In this document: in pieces, positions 40,376 to 50,971 of the stretch | Layout of the letters: every line of letters begins with the position of its first letter | Position numbering within the stretch: position 1 is the first letter of the stretch | From: Candidatus Poribacteria bacterium | GTDB taxonomy: Bacteria > Poribacteria > WGA-4E > WGA-3G | Assembly: GCA_965215265.1 (NCBI GenBank) | Contig: OZ244048.1 | Location: 1,024,001 to 1,088,000 of the forward strand | DNA length: 64,000 nt | Direction: 5' to 3' | The notes under the pieces: model-generated | What the model was told of the DNA's origin: nothing | The model's database searches: none | What the model saw: only the letters and a program-made list of their open reading frames with translations | Program-made: the position numbers and the translations under genes

Positions 40376-41728
40376 ATGGCAAAAACTACCGATATCCGTA
40401 TCCTTGATGTCCAGTACAACTTTGAAGAGCACCAATACCGCACCCCACTTAAGTTCGGCGGCGTTCCTACCGACCACTGCATTCTTTTTAATGTGTCGGT
40501 ACGAGTACAGACACGTGACGGTAAAGAAGCTGTCGGAAAAGGCTCCATGCCTCTCGGCAACGTGTGGGCTTTTCCACCGCGCTATGCACCGTTTGAACAG
40601 AGTCTCGCAGCGATGAGACAACTCGCCGAATTGGCAGTGTCAGCAACGCAAGCCTGCAATCTCTGCGCACATCCACTTGAGTTTTCCGAGACATTGGAAC
40701 CTGAATTCCTGCGAGTTGCTGAAGAGCTGTCTCACCGCATGCAACTGCCTGCACTAATGCCTAAGCTCTGCACCGTTGTTACGACAAGTCCCATTGATGC
40801 AGCGATTCACGATGGATTTGGAAAGGCAAACGGTATTAACAGTTATAACGGATTAAATGAAGAATTCGTTACCGCGGATCTGTCTGATTTTCTGAATAAC
40901 CGCTTCACCGGAAAATATCTCGATCGGTATACGTTGCGGCAGCCGAAAGCGACCATGCCCCTCTATCATCTTGTCGGTGCTTTGGACGCATTAACAGATG
41001 CTGATATTGAATACCGTCTCAACGACGGATTACCCGAAACGCTTTCTGAATGGATTATAACAGATGGCCTGACACATCTCAAGATTAAACTCAACGGCGA
41101 TGACTTGGAATGGGATGTTGATCGTGTACTGGCAATAGATCGAATTACCGCGGAGACACAAGCAAAACGTGGCGTGCGGACGTGGTATTATTCCGCCGAC
41201 TTCAATGAAACATGTCAAGATGTCGAATATCTATTGGAATTCCTCAATTGCATCCAAGAAGGGGAAGGACATGCCTTTCAACGTCTGGCGTACATTGAAC
41301 AACCCACGGACCGCAACCTGAAAGCAAATCCGGAAAACCGTATGCACAAAGCTGCTGAGATAAAACCGGTGGTGATTGACGAATCCCTGACCGATTTTGA
41401 AACGTTTCTATTGGCACGCGAGCAAGGCTACTCCGGTGTCGCCCTCAAGGCGTGTAAGGGGCAGTCTCAAGCGTTGCTGATGGGTGCCGCGGCCGCGGAG
41501 TACGGCATGTTCCTCGCGGTGCAAGACCTGACGTGTCCAGGTGCATCCTTTCTACATTCTGCAGGACTTGCAGCCAGAATCCCTGGTGTCACGGCTATTG
41601 AAGGGAATGCCCGACAATTCTGCCCCAGCGCAAATGATAATTGGTGCGATAAATTTCCGACAATTTTTAACATTACCGATGGAACCGTGGGCACGCACGT
41701 GCTTACCGCCCCCGGGCTTGGACATTAA
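40376..41728 (+). CDS. Enolase superfamily (mandelate racemase-like) protein
   Basis: HLKIKL (KxK), ADFNE, YIEQP, IDES metal ligands, PGLG end. Confidence 0.82.
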   Translation: MAKTTDIRILDVQYNFEEHQYRTPLKFGGVPTDHCILFNVSVRVQTRDGKEAVGKGSMPLGNVWAFPPRYAPFEQSLAAMRQLAELAVSATQACNLCAHPLEFSETLEPEFLRVAEELSHRMQLPALMPKLCTVVTTSPIDAAIHDGFGKANGINSYNGLNEEFVTADLSDFLNNRFTGKYLDRYTLRQPKATMPLYHLVGALDALTDADIEYRLNDGLPETLSEWIITDGLTHLKIKLNGDDLEWDVDRVLAIDRITAETQAKRGVRTWYYSADFNETCQDVEYLLEFLNCIQEGEGHAFQRLAYIEQPTDRNLKANPENRMHKAAEIKPVVIDESLTDFETFLLAREQGYSGVALKACKGQSQALLMGAAAAEYGMFLAVQDLTCPGASFLHSAGLAARIPGVTAIEGNARQFCPSANDNWCDKFPTIFNITDGTVGTHVLTAPGLGH

Positions 41729-42074
41729 CACCCACGTCTTGATTTACGTTATTGCCTGTTTCTGGCTCGGCGACTGTAATGTTAGTCACCACGTTACGTT
41801 TTTCCGGGAGCCGAACCGGGAAATCTTTGATAACGTCAGCGATGAGTTGTTTGACTATCGCTTTGACGGAATCAAATGGAATACACTCTAAAATGATTAT
41901 GGAACGATGTTTGGCGGGTGCGATGTCGTAATTCAACCCATATTGTAGTCCTAACTGTATGAGTTCAGGTTCAACGGAGATCGAAATCTGCCGGCGTTCT
42001 TGCGGTGTGATGTAAAAACTATCTACAATAAAGGATGTGTGAATCCACGTTTCTCTCTCTTCAACGATTTTCAT
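41703..42074 (-). CDS. Hypothetical protein
   Basis: 123-aa ORF directly preceded by a consensus promoter. Confidence 0.65.
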   Translation of the reverse strand: MKIVEERETWIHTSFIVDSFYITPQERRQISISVEPELIQLGLQYGLNYDIAPAKHRSIIILECIPFDSVKAIVKQLIADVIKDFPVRLPEKRNVVTNITVAEPETGNNVNQDVGVNVQARGR

Positions 42075-42082
42075 AATGGCAC

Positions 42083-42111
42083 ATTATATCATACACAACA
42101 CAGAATGTCAA
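42083..42111 (-). promoter_or_regulatory. Consensus sigma70 promoter
   Basis: TTGACA-N17-TATAAT; ATG follows 8 nt after the -10 box. Confidence 0.75.
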
Positions 42112-42226
42112 ACTGTAGTTTTTTTATCTAAGAAGTTTGGAGAATTATATAAAATATACAAAGGGCTATTTCCAAGCACTCTAAAATCGTAGATCATAGA
42201 TTTCAAGTAGAATGGGCAACCGACCT

Positions 42227-43891
42227 TCACTGAGCAATTTTTATTATCGACTGACGGACTTGTAATAAACCTTTTCCTATGCTATCCGCTGCGATACGTT
42301 GGTGGGTACCGTTCGGCCATCGGATGTATAATACCTCAACTTGTGGTGTATGCCCAAGCCCAAAGGAGAGACGCAAGTCATTCCCGGATAGGTAACTCGC
42401 CCCACAGATAACCTCGCGAAGCAATGTCATTCCATTGGTTTGCAGTTTAACTTGCGCGCCGATTGCATCCGTGTTTGGCCCAGTACCGACTAAGTGCACC
42501 GTCACCCATGCATTCTGATTCCCAATCTCGTTGCTGAGGATAACCGCTGGGCGGTTGGATTGACAAATCACCACATCAACATCTCCATCGGTATCTATAT
42601 CGCCAAAGAGCATACCACGCACGACATACTCGGTGTCATTTAAACCGGCTTTTGTCGTAATCTCAGAGAAGATTCCACCGTGATTTCGAAATAATTGGAG
42701 GGGCTGCGCGTAACTGAGTTTCGCGTCAATCAGCTTGACGTTGTCCCAGATATGCCCGTTCCCGACGAGCAGATCTAGCCATCCGTCGTTATCAAAGTCA
42801 ATAAAACGGGTACCAAAGCCGAGGACATAAAACGACGGATCTGCGAGGCCCGTGTCAAACGTCATATCCTCAAAATAGCCGTCCCCATCATTTTGCATCA
42901 GGCAGTTTGCTTCCAACGAGAAGTTTGTCACCCACAGATCGATGTCGCCATCATTATCATAATCGCCTGCGTCTATGCCCATGGAGCCATTTGCGAGTCC
43001 GTCGCCATTATAGGCAGTGCCGCGAAGCACACCTTCTTCCCGAAAGGTCCCGTCTCCTTGATTGATGAAAAGGGTATTAGGATTCATGTCGTTAGCAACG
43101 TAGATATCTATCCAGCCGTCGTTGTTTACGTCAGTAAAGACAACCCCTAAGCCTCGCGTAGTGGATTGGTGTACACCAGCAGCTTCTGTAATATCTGTGA
43201 ACGTACCATCCGCGTTATTCTGATAAAGTACATCGGCAATGCCCTGGTATTCGTTCGGTCCACAGTAGATACGGAGTATGTTTTTGTAGTAGCACGGGAT
43301 ATCTTTTTCAAGGGTGTACTCGACGTAGTTGCAGACGTAGAGGTCCAAATCTCCATCCCGGTCGATGTCTGCGAAAGCCGCACTTGCGCTCAGCAGTGGA
43401 CAACCTACTTTTGCTTGTGTGGTTACATCAGTAAATGTTCCATCGCCGTTGTTGCGGTAAAGGACATTGCGACCTAAGTTCGTAATATATAAGTCGCGAT
43501 GTCCATCTCCATCGTAATCGGCTGCCACAGCCCCAAGTCCGTAACCTGTATCGCCGACGTTCGCAGATTCTGTCACATCTGTGAAGGATCCGTCATCATT
43601 GCGATAGAGGCGATTTTTCGGAGGCGGTTCAGGTGATGTCGAGAGTGCATTGCCCTGAACAAGATAAATATCTAAGTCACCGTCGTTGTCAAAATCAAAA
43701 AGTGCCCCGCCGCTTCCCATTGTCTCAACGAGGCGGCGTTCTGCAGAAAAACCGTTGACATGATGGAAATCAAGCCCCATTTCCGCGGTAACATCCCGAA
43801 AATACGGCTCCTGTGCATGTCCAATCGATATCGCGATGAGGAGGTAACTCAGACCTGTAAAGAAACGAAGCAAATTTTTTGTTTGGAACAT
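42227..43891 (-). CDS. CRTAC1/ASPIC-UnbV family FG-GAP repeat protein
   Basis: Multiple D.DNDGD.D motifs, N.LYRN..DGTFTDVT, C-terminal GA.V...SYLS...L.FGLG. Confidence 0.9.
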   Translation of the reverse strand: MFQTKNLLRFFTGLSYLLIAISIGHAQEPYFRDVTAEMGLDFHHVNGFSAERRLVETMGSGGALFDFDNDGDLDIYLVQGNALSTSPEPPPKNRLYRNDDGSFTDVTESANVGDTGYGLGAVAADYDGDGHRDLYITNLGRNVLYRNNGDGTFTDVTTQAKVGCPLLSASAAFADIDRDGDLDLYVCNYVEYTLEKDIPCYYKNILRIYCGPNEYQGIADVLYQNNADGTFTDITEAAGVHQSTTRGLGVVFTDVNNDGWIDIYVANDMNPNTLFINQGDGTFREEGVLRGTAYNGDGLANGSMGIDAGDYDNDGDIDLWVTNFSLEANCLMQNDGDGYFEDMTFDTGLADPSFYVLGFGTRFIDFDNDGWLDLLVGNGHIWDNVKLIDAKLSYAQPLQLFRNHGGIFSEITTKAGLNDTEYVVRGMLFGDIDTDGDVDVVICQSNRPAVILSNEIGNQNAWVTVHLVGTGPNTDAIGAQVKLQTNGMTLLREVICGASYLSGNDLRLSFGLGHTPQVEVLYIRWPNGTHQRIAADSIGKGLLQVRQSIIKIAQ

Positions 43892-43941
43892 TGTTGTAGT
43901 TCGGTTCGCACAGCAGAGGCGTTTGTATACTTCAAGGGGTT

Positions 43942-44832
43942 TTAATCTTTTATTTCGGGCCGTGGACGCACAACCCGAAACCCAATGGTATGTGTTGAAT
44001 CGAGCGGATAAAATTTAAACCGTAAAGCGGAGCGTAGAAACGCGCGTCCAACATCCCAGGCCCCGCCACGAATGACTCGAGGACGCAATACATCCCGATA
44101 ACGGAGGTTAAGCGGGTTGTGTGGCATCTCCGTGCTATTTTGCTGATAGAGAGTCGGGTGGTATTCATCAAGGCACCACTCCCATACGTTCCCTGCGAGA
44201 TCTGCGATGCCGTTCGGTGAAGTGCCTTTCGCAAATTGCCCGACTGGCATCGGTTGATTGTAACGGCGCGCAAAATTGGCATGGTGACGCGCTTTCGGGG
44301 GTTGATTTCCCCATGGATAGATTCGTCTTTCTGTTCCTCGCGCCGCTTTTTCCCACTGCGCTTCGGTTGGAAGGCTTCCGCCAATCCATTCCGCAAAGGC
44401 TTGCGCGTCAAACCATGTTACACCTACAACAGGTTGTTCATCACCGTTGAATCTATCATCAGCCCAGGTTTTTTCACCGTTATGTCCACGCGGCGTGGGG
44501 CGGCCGGTTGTTTCTATGAAGACGCGGTATTGGGCATTTGTAATTTCATAGCGTGACATCTCGTATGTAGTAAGATAGACGCGATGTTGTGGCACTTCAG
44601 CGTCAAAGGTATGCCGTTCTAGTAGGGAGCTCCGCAATTTTGCGTCTTGATAGGCGGCATCTGCCTCTTCGCGGGTGGAACCGATGAGAAAAGTCCCGTC
44701 TGGAATTGCAACCCATTCTATGGTGGCAAGTACCTGTTGAACAGCCTCGGTTTGCGCCGCACCCACTGCACTACCAAATGCTAATAAGTAGATAAGGCAG
44801 ATGGCAAAAAAAAGTACATTTTCATTTATCAA
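43942..44832 (-). CDS. Formylglycine-generating enzyme (SUMF1) domain protein
   Basis: EITNAQY, PVVGVTW.DA, LPTEAQWEKAARG, DLAGNVWEW, IGFRVV. Confidence 0.9.
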   Translation of the reverse strand: MINENVLFFAICLIYLLAFGSAVGAAQTEAVQQVLATIEWVAIPDGTFLIGSTREEADAAYQDAKLRSSLLERHTFDAEVPQHRVYLTTYEMSRYEITNAQYRVFIETTGRPTPRGHNGEKTWADDRFNGDEQPVVGVTWFDAQAFAEWIGGSLPTEAQWEKAARGTERRIYPWGNQPPKARHHANFARRYNQPMPVGQFAKGTSPNGIADLAGNVWEWCLDEYHPTLYQQNSTEMPHNPLNLRYRDVLRPRVIRGGAWDVGRAFLRSALRFKFYPLDSTHTIGFRVVRPRPEIKD

Positions 44833-44887
44833 TTTGAAAATTTGGGGTTCGCCTTAAGAATGTTAGGATGATTAAGTCCATGCCTAA

Positions 44888-45691
44888 TCAGCGCCTCTCA
44901 GGCAGACTGTGTCGACGTTTAAGGTCACCCCAGGCAACCGATAGTTTCGCGCGAGGTGACACATCAAATGGGACAAGTAGATCTTCAAAATACTCAAATT
45001 GCGCGATCTGTTTGCCTTTGCTGTCACAGATACCGACGTAAATGCCAACCTCAAGGGGCTCATCAAACTCTTGTTCGGTTTCACCAATATCGATCCATTT
45101 ATCGTTGGCTTCTCTCTTCCACCACGCAGTGAAAGTGTCTTTTTCTCTCCGGAGCCGCATGTAAAGTGCCATTTCACCGGCCGGCTCTTGAAAACCTGGA
45201 ACCACGCCAACAAGTCCTTCTCCGTTATCAAATTGCCGTTTCTGATATTGAATCACTGCATTATTATCGTTCGCGGGCCCGCGTCCCCAGAGTTTTATCG
45301 TCACCCATTCTCCGTCGCGTCCTTGATGGTCTTTCGTCGTCGGTGAATAAGCAGCAACTCCTGCTACAACACAAGCATCTTCATAGTCCATGTAGAGATG
45401 CGTTTCAATATCAAAATCACCTTCATGTTCCTGGTAGAGGCGATTCGTCGTATCATCAGGCCATAGGTTACGATTGAGTTCACCTGTGACATGCAGCCAC
45501 CCAACTTTTGTTTTGCCCAAATCCCATTCTTCGGGTTCAACGCCTTCCTCTTTCGATGTTTTCCACTTCCAATTTGGATTTTTTAAAGCATTCCCATCAA
45601 ACGGATCCCCGAGTGAATCTGCTGCTGTTGCATCAAATGTCCCAAAAACTATGAGTAATCCAACAAGCCCTAAGATAATCATCTGTTTCAT
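44888..45691 (-). CDS. Secreted ConA/DUF1349-like beta-sandwich protein
   Basis: Signal peptide; paralog of 45881-46651; C-terminal VSPRAKLSVAWGDLK motif. Confidence 0.65.
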   Translation of the reverse strand: MKQMIILGLVGLLIVFGTFDATAADSLGDPFDGNALKNPNWKWKTSKEEGVEPEEWDLGKTKVGWLHVTGELNRNLWPDDTTNRLYQEHEGDFDIETHLYMDYEDACVVAGVAAYSPTTKDHQGRDGEWVTIKLWGRGPANDNNAVIQYQKRQFDNGEGLVGVVPGFQEPAGEMALYMRLRREKDTFTAWWKREANDKWIDIGETEQEFDEPLEVGIYVGICDSKGKQIAQFEYFEDLLVPFDVSPRAKLSVAWGDLKRRHSLPERR

Positions 45692-45820
45692 AAATTCTCT
45701 CCTTATAATATAGTAAATTTTACAATGACTTATACCTTATGAGCAACACGTCTACCGAGGCAGGGGATATTCCAAGCGTGCGCGGAGACATGTCGCCTAA
45801 TTTTCATAAGCGACTATGAG

Positions 45821-45861
45821 TCAGGTAACTGGCGGTGTCAGAGCCGCCAGTTACTGAAAAA
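45821..45861. terminator. Hairpin, probable terminator between the paralogs
   Basis: gtaactggcgg...ccgccagttac 11-bp stem. Confidence 0.55.
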
Positions 45862-45880
45862 CCGTAGCGTTGACATGAGG

Positions 45881-46651
45881 CTATTGACGTTTAAGAGTGC
45901 CCCAGGTGACGGCGAGCCGGTCGCGCGGATCCACGGGGGTTGCCGGGCTTGACGCTTCACGGAAATAGTCAAACGTGACGGTCATTTTGCCTGCCCCCTC
46001 GCCTTCACAGATACCGACATAGATACCCACTTCTAAGGGTTCCTGAAGTGCGTTGGTAACTTTGCTCACAGAAACCCAATCGCCCTGTGCATCTGGCTTA
46101 AACCAGGATTCATACTCATCGCCATCGCGTTGGATGCGCAGTTCAATAGGGATGACACCTTGCTCTGGATTGTAGTCCGGTTGTGTACCAACATAAGGCG
46201 CAGCGTCGTTTTGCCGGCGTTGATACTGAAGAACGGCATTGTTATTTTGCGCGGCACCGCGACCCCATAACTTTAGTGTCACCCATTCGCCATCACGGCC
46301 TTGACTATCCTGCGTCGTTGCCGAATACACAACGATACCAGCAACCGTGCAAGCGTCTGCATAATCGACAACCATTGATGTTTCAATGTCAAACTGGTCT
46401 TGATCTGTTACTTGATAGAAACGTGTCGTCGTGTCATCAGCCCACAAATTCTGATCGAATCCTGCTTCTGCAACGAGAAGTCCGTCTTTTAGCTCCCAAG
46501 GGCTTTTATCGCTATTTGTGACCTGCCAAAAAGATTGAAGCGTATTGCCGCTCCCATCAAATTCATCGCTCATCAACGTTTGCGCAAAAACACCGTTGAC
46601 AAAACTTACAGACAGCAACGTTGCTATTAAGAGACAAAAAGTCTGTTTCAT
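45881..46651 (-). CDS. Secreted ConA/DUF1349-like beta-sandwich protein
   Basis: MKQTFCLL signal peptide after AAGGA RBS; shared GRDGEWVT.KLWGRG; C-terminal VDPRDRLAVTWGTLK. Confidence 0.68.
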   Translation of the reverse strand: MKQTFCLLIATLLSVSFVNGVFAQTLMSDEFDGSGNTLQSFWQVTNSDKSPWELKDGLLVAEAGFDQNLWADDTTTRFYQVTDQDQFDIETSMVVDYADACTVAGIVVYSATTQDSQGRDGEWVTLKLWGRGAAQNNNAVLQYQRRQNDAAPYVGTQPDYNPEQGVIPIELRIQRDGDEYESWFKPDAQGDWVSVSKVTNALQEPLEVGIYVGICEGEGAGKMTVTFDYFREASSPATPVDPRDRLAVTWGTLKRQ

Positions 46652-47137
46652 TAGGACAATTTCCTTTCTATATTGATAGTTTTTCATAAAATAAAACAAA
46701 ACCGGACTCACCCTCACCTTTGGTATGAAACAAGGTTTATTATACTTGCCAGATATACCTCGCTTCCCAATTGAGCGGACCTGTTTCCGGTTTATATAAC
46801 CGATTAAAGATTTTATCATTTTTGTTAAAAAAAATCAACTTTTTTCGATTTTACAATGATTTATACCTCATGACCCGCGAGGTTGGAAGCCTCACCTACC
46901 GAGGCAGTATTTTCGAGCGTGCCAGCCGAAATATCTACTTATTTTCATTATTCACTCTAATTATGGTTGAGGCGAATCAGAACGATGGAATTTGGACAAC
47001 TTGCAGGAGATACTTTACTTGCAACAGAACATGTTTAAAATTGGACAATTTAACGATGCACTTTGATGCTGTGCATACGGTATTCAAAGCCGAGATTCAA
47101 GTGCTAAGAGGCAAGAAGGAACTAATGCTAGACGGAA

Positions 47138-47968
47138 TCAAGCGTCAAAAAAATTGAGCCGTTGGCAGATTTTTTTCGCACCGGCAAGGCGTGGACACAA
47201 TTCGAACGCCAATTGTAAAACCTCGCGTGCTTCTTGTAACCTATCGCTTTCAACATAAAACTCAGCAATCTTTTTGTAGACCCAGGCGGTTTCGCGTTTT
47301 GGCAGTTGTAATGCCTGCACCTTCGCCAACGGAATGGGTGTGTCTTGATGACTATTCTCATCACGAAAGAGATAGAGATATATCCATTTTAATCGTTCTT
47401 TAACTTCGGCGGTAAAGTGTCGGAAATACGGACGTTGCAACTCTGCCGACAAGAGCGATTCATAAATCTCCATTGCTTGTTTAAGATAGCGCGATGCTTG
47501 AGTACCTCTCTTACACAATGCAACCTTCTGATATGCCTCGGCAACGAGGAATTCACAATCCCGGCTCTCTTCATAACTCAATACATCGTCAATGCACAAA
47601 CTTCCGTTTTTCTTAAAGTGGCGAAGCAGCTGCTCGTACACAGAAATTCCGGTTTCATAATTTTGATGGAGCAGTGCCTGAAACAGCGATTCTAACTTGG
47701 AATAGGTATAACTTTGATAATTGCCGGATGCTTTCTTCTTGCGTTCAAGGGCCTCAAGTGTTTTATCATAGTCGCGCTTCTGCCTTTCGTCCTGCAAGAT
47801 GGTATACGCGCTACTGACTTGGCGAAACATCTGAGCTGCAAAAGCAACTTGCTCTGGATTTTTATCCGGATGGTATCGTTTCGCAAGTTTCCGGAATGCC
47901 CGTTTAATCTCACGGGCAGTCGCGCTCCGCTCGATTTCTAAAATTTGGTAGTAGTCTGGAATTTGCAT
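47138..47968 (-). CDS. J-domain protein
   Basis: DYYQILE, IKRAFRKLAKRYHPD; helical/TPR-like C-terminus. Confidence 0.85.
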   Translation of the reverse strand: MQIPDYYQILEIERSATAREIKRAFRKLAKRYHPDKNPEQVAFAAQMFRQVSSAYTILQDERQKRDYDKTLEALERKKKASGNYQSYTYSKLESLFQALLHQNYETGISVYEQLLRHFKKNGSLCIDDVLSYEESRDCEFLVAEAYQKVALCKRGTQASRYLKQAMEIYESLLSAELQRPYFRHFTAEVKERLKWIYLYLFRDENSHQDTPIPLAKVQALQLPKRETAWVYKKIAEFYVESDRLQEAREVLQLAFELCPRLAGAKKICQRLNFFDA

Positions 47969-48347
47969 GTGATTAACAATTTATTGATAATCTGAATTTG
48001 ATAGAAACCCAGCCAGTTTGCCATCAGAAACAGAACATCTTCAGAGTATAATCTGTTGAAAGAAAACAAGACCTAAATCAATTCTCCATTAACATAATAC
48101 CATTTTTTTTTGAACTTGACAACGTTTCTCGCTTACCCCGATTTTTTGTAGAAGGATTGTGATAAAAGGTTTCTTATGGGAAACGTGTCGGAAAGTGTGT
48201 GATATTATTACAAAATACCTCCTTTTTTGGATTTGGGAAATTACTTTTGAACAACCGACCCAAGCACATATTGGCACTTTAGAGTTGCTGGTGTATCTGG
48301 CTTATGTATGAGAAGTACGCGTACCATGGGGTGAAACCGTTCAATGA

Positions 48348-48584
48348 ATAGCGAAAGGGTTATTCGGTGATGCTGATGAAGAAGAGGCGATGGCGGTTAT
48401 CAAGACACTAGGTTCCAAGTCTGTAGAAGTAGCAGTATTGCGTGCGGCGGGTTACACGTTGTCGGAGAGAGGAAAACGGCTCCACATTCCGAAGGACACG
48501 GCGAAGTCGCGCTGGTGGAAGATTCGTGAACGTGTTCATGAACATTTCGGATTGCCGTTTCCACCGAAAGATGAGAAACCCTAA
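48348..48584 (+). pseudogene. Fragment of a sigma-70 region 4/HTH protein
   Basis: GYTLSE.GK.L.IP..T.KSRW pattern; frame closed by TGA at 48345. Confidence 0.45.
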
Positions 48585-49011
48585 CGCGATTCGGATTGCT
48601 TCAGGTTTATCCCTGTTTTGGATTCAAAAGAGGGGAATAGACGCGAATTGGTAGTTTATTTTAAGAAAATGGCAGTTTTTTGTCTTTACGCTATATAAAA
48701 AAAGCTGCTTTTTTTTAGGCGAAACTCCCGTTCAATTGCCCTCATTCGCGCCCGATTATCGTTGAAATGGGACGCGATGAACTGGAACGCCGATTCCAAA
48801 GGAGATAAAACATGTTCCTTCCAAAATATTGATTACCGCTCTCCGTCTCGTTCGTTCCAAAAGTAAGGAATAAAGTCCATTGCCCGAATCCAATAGCAAG
48901 GTGAGTTATGGAAATAGATTGTGTAGAGGGCCCGTCTCGTGGTGAGAGGCACCTCTAAGCCTGAGAATTGAGTCAGCTGTTTCCATATCCTGTATTCAAT
49001 CTATTTTTAAT

Positions 49012-49040
49012 TTGACAAACACTTCTTCTTGAGGTATAAT
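49012..49040 (+). promoter_or_regulatory. Consensus sigma70 promoter
   Basis: TTGACA-N17-TATAAT. Confidence 0.75.
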
Positions 49041-49310
49041 TAAGTCAAATAAGCTTTTGCGAAGAGAGCAAAAGTGTTCTTTAAAAGTGAAAGAATGAAC
49101 GGACGTGTCCGTTGGCAGTTTGTGAATGCACTTCATTTTTTGGAAAGTGACTCACAAACACGATTTCATTTTCTTGAACACCTATGTGCACGTCTTACGA
49201 ATTGGCAAAAAGTGTTGAAAACGTAGTCTGTTAGGAAACTTAGTCCGAACTATAAAGGAAAGTCAAGTTTATTCCGTCACGGGATAAAGAATAACAAGGA
49301 GTTAGATAAT

Positions 49311-50737
49311 ATGAAGAGAAGAATGTACCCCCCCCTCTCTATGTTAAGTGTTTTAGTTCTATTCTTAATCGCTGCGCTTGTTATGCCGTTTACAAACACC
49401 CCTTAACCTGTTCCATTCTATTTTGCATCACGCTTTCGTTACTCATTGCCCCCCTGGCAGTGAGCCAAAATCCGGTAGTGAACATTCCGGATGCGGCGCT
49501 CCTTGCGGAAATAGAGGAGGAACTCTACATCTCCGCGGGGACGGCTGTCACCCAGGCAGATATGCTCCGCTTGACATACCTCGATCTAAGGGAATCAAAC
49601 GTTAGCGATCTGACAGGACTTGAATACGCCACCAACTTGGAAGAGCTGGAGCTCTATGATACGCAAGTAGAGGATATCTCGCCGCTGTCAACCCTCACCA
49701 ACTTGGTATATCTGGATCTCGACAGTACGCAAGTAGAGGATATCTCGCCGCTGTCAACCCTCACTAACTTGAAAAAGCTGTATCTCAGTGATACGCAAGT
49801 AGAGGATATCTCGCATCTGTCAACCCTCATCAGCTTGACAACGCTGTTTCTCACTAATACGCAAGTAGAGGATATCTCGCATCTGTCAACCCTCATCAAA
49901 TTGGATTGGCTGTGGCTCAGGAATACGCAAGTAGAGGATATCTCAGCACTGTCAGGCCTCACCGAATTGGTAAAGCTGAATCTCAGGGATACGCAAGTGT
50001 TGGATATCTCGCCGCTGTCAGGCCTCACTAACTTGCTAGAGCTGTATCTCAGGGGTACGCAAGTAGAGGATATCTCGCCGCTGTCAGGCCTCATCAACTT
50101 GATAGAGCTGTCTCTCAGTGATACGCAAGTAGAGGATATCTCGCCGCTGTCAACCCTCACCAGCTTGATAGGGCTGGATCTCAGTGATACGCCAGTGTCG
50201 GATATCTCGCCGCTGTCAACCCTCACCAACTTGATATCGCTGAATATCAGGAATGCGCGAGTGTCGGATATCTCGGCACTGTCACACCTCACCAAATTGA
50301 CAGTGGTAGGTTTTACGGATTCGCCAGTGTCGGATATCTCAGCACTGTCAACCCTCCCCAACTTGATAGTGTTAGGTCTGGTGAACATTCCGGATGAGAC
50401 GCTCCTTGCGGCAATCAAGGAGAAACTCGACATCACCGATGATCCGGATGTTTTCCAGAGAGATATACTCCGCTTGACAGAGCTTGATTTAGGTGGCTCA
50501 GACGTTAGCGATCTGACCGGACTTGAATACGCCACCAACTTGGAAGAGTTGGATCTCAGTGATACACAAGTAGAGGATATCTCTGCTCTGTCAAGCCTCA
50601 CGAGTTTGCTAGAGCTGTCTCTCTCGGGAACGCCAATAGAGGATGAGGATATCTCGCATCTGTCAGGCCTTATCAACTTGAAAAAGTTGGATCTCAGTGA
50701 TACGGAAGTGTCGGATATCACGCCGCTGTCACAATAA
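49311..50737 (+). pseudogene. Internalin-like leucine-rich repeat protein, frameshifted at the 5' end and truncated at the 3' end
   Basis: 22-aa (66-bp) LRRs L..L.L..TQVEDISPLS.L; two VNIPD caps; RBS-linked ATG 49311 is out of frame with the LRR ORF 49460-50737. Confidence 0.7.
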
Positions 50738-50742
50738 TTAAC

Positions 50743-50918
50743 AACGGTGGGCGACGCTTAAGGCACAAGAGTCACCTCAGTGAGATGTAACCTAACCTAA
50801 CCTAACCTAACCTAACCAGGGGCAGCCACCCTCACATGGCTGCCCCTGGTTTTTTTGGTTTCAGAGAAGCACCGAGGCCGCCCTGCGAGGCAAAACGTGA
50901 AGGTTGCCTTGACAAAAT
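50743..50918 (+). repeat. Direct repeat copy 1 (gene tail + TAACC run + terminator + -35 box)
   Basis: Aligns by eye with 52383-52549. Confidence 0.85.
50816..50856 (+). terminator. Intrinsic terminator
   Basis: ccaggggcagcca/tggctgcccctgg 13-bp stem + T-tract. Confidence 0.88.
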
Positions 50919-50938
50919 AATAGCGAGGCTGCTATACT
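50909..50938 (+). promoter_or_regulatory. Promoter of the Rpn-like gene
   Basis: TTGACA-N18-TATACT with extended TG; AAGGAG RBS before ATG 50972. Confidence 0.7.
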
Positions 50939-50971
50939 TTATTATCAGAAGTGAAGCGTCTAAGGAGATAG

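Noticed and set aside
46652-47157. Extension of the 45881 ORF and the 128-aa ORF 46771-47157
   Set aside because: AT-rich intergenic sequence without recognisable motifs; signal peptide and RBS point to start 46651
49654-50721. 355-aa antisense ORF
   Set aside because: Shadow of the 66-bp LRR repeats
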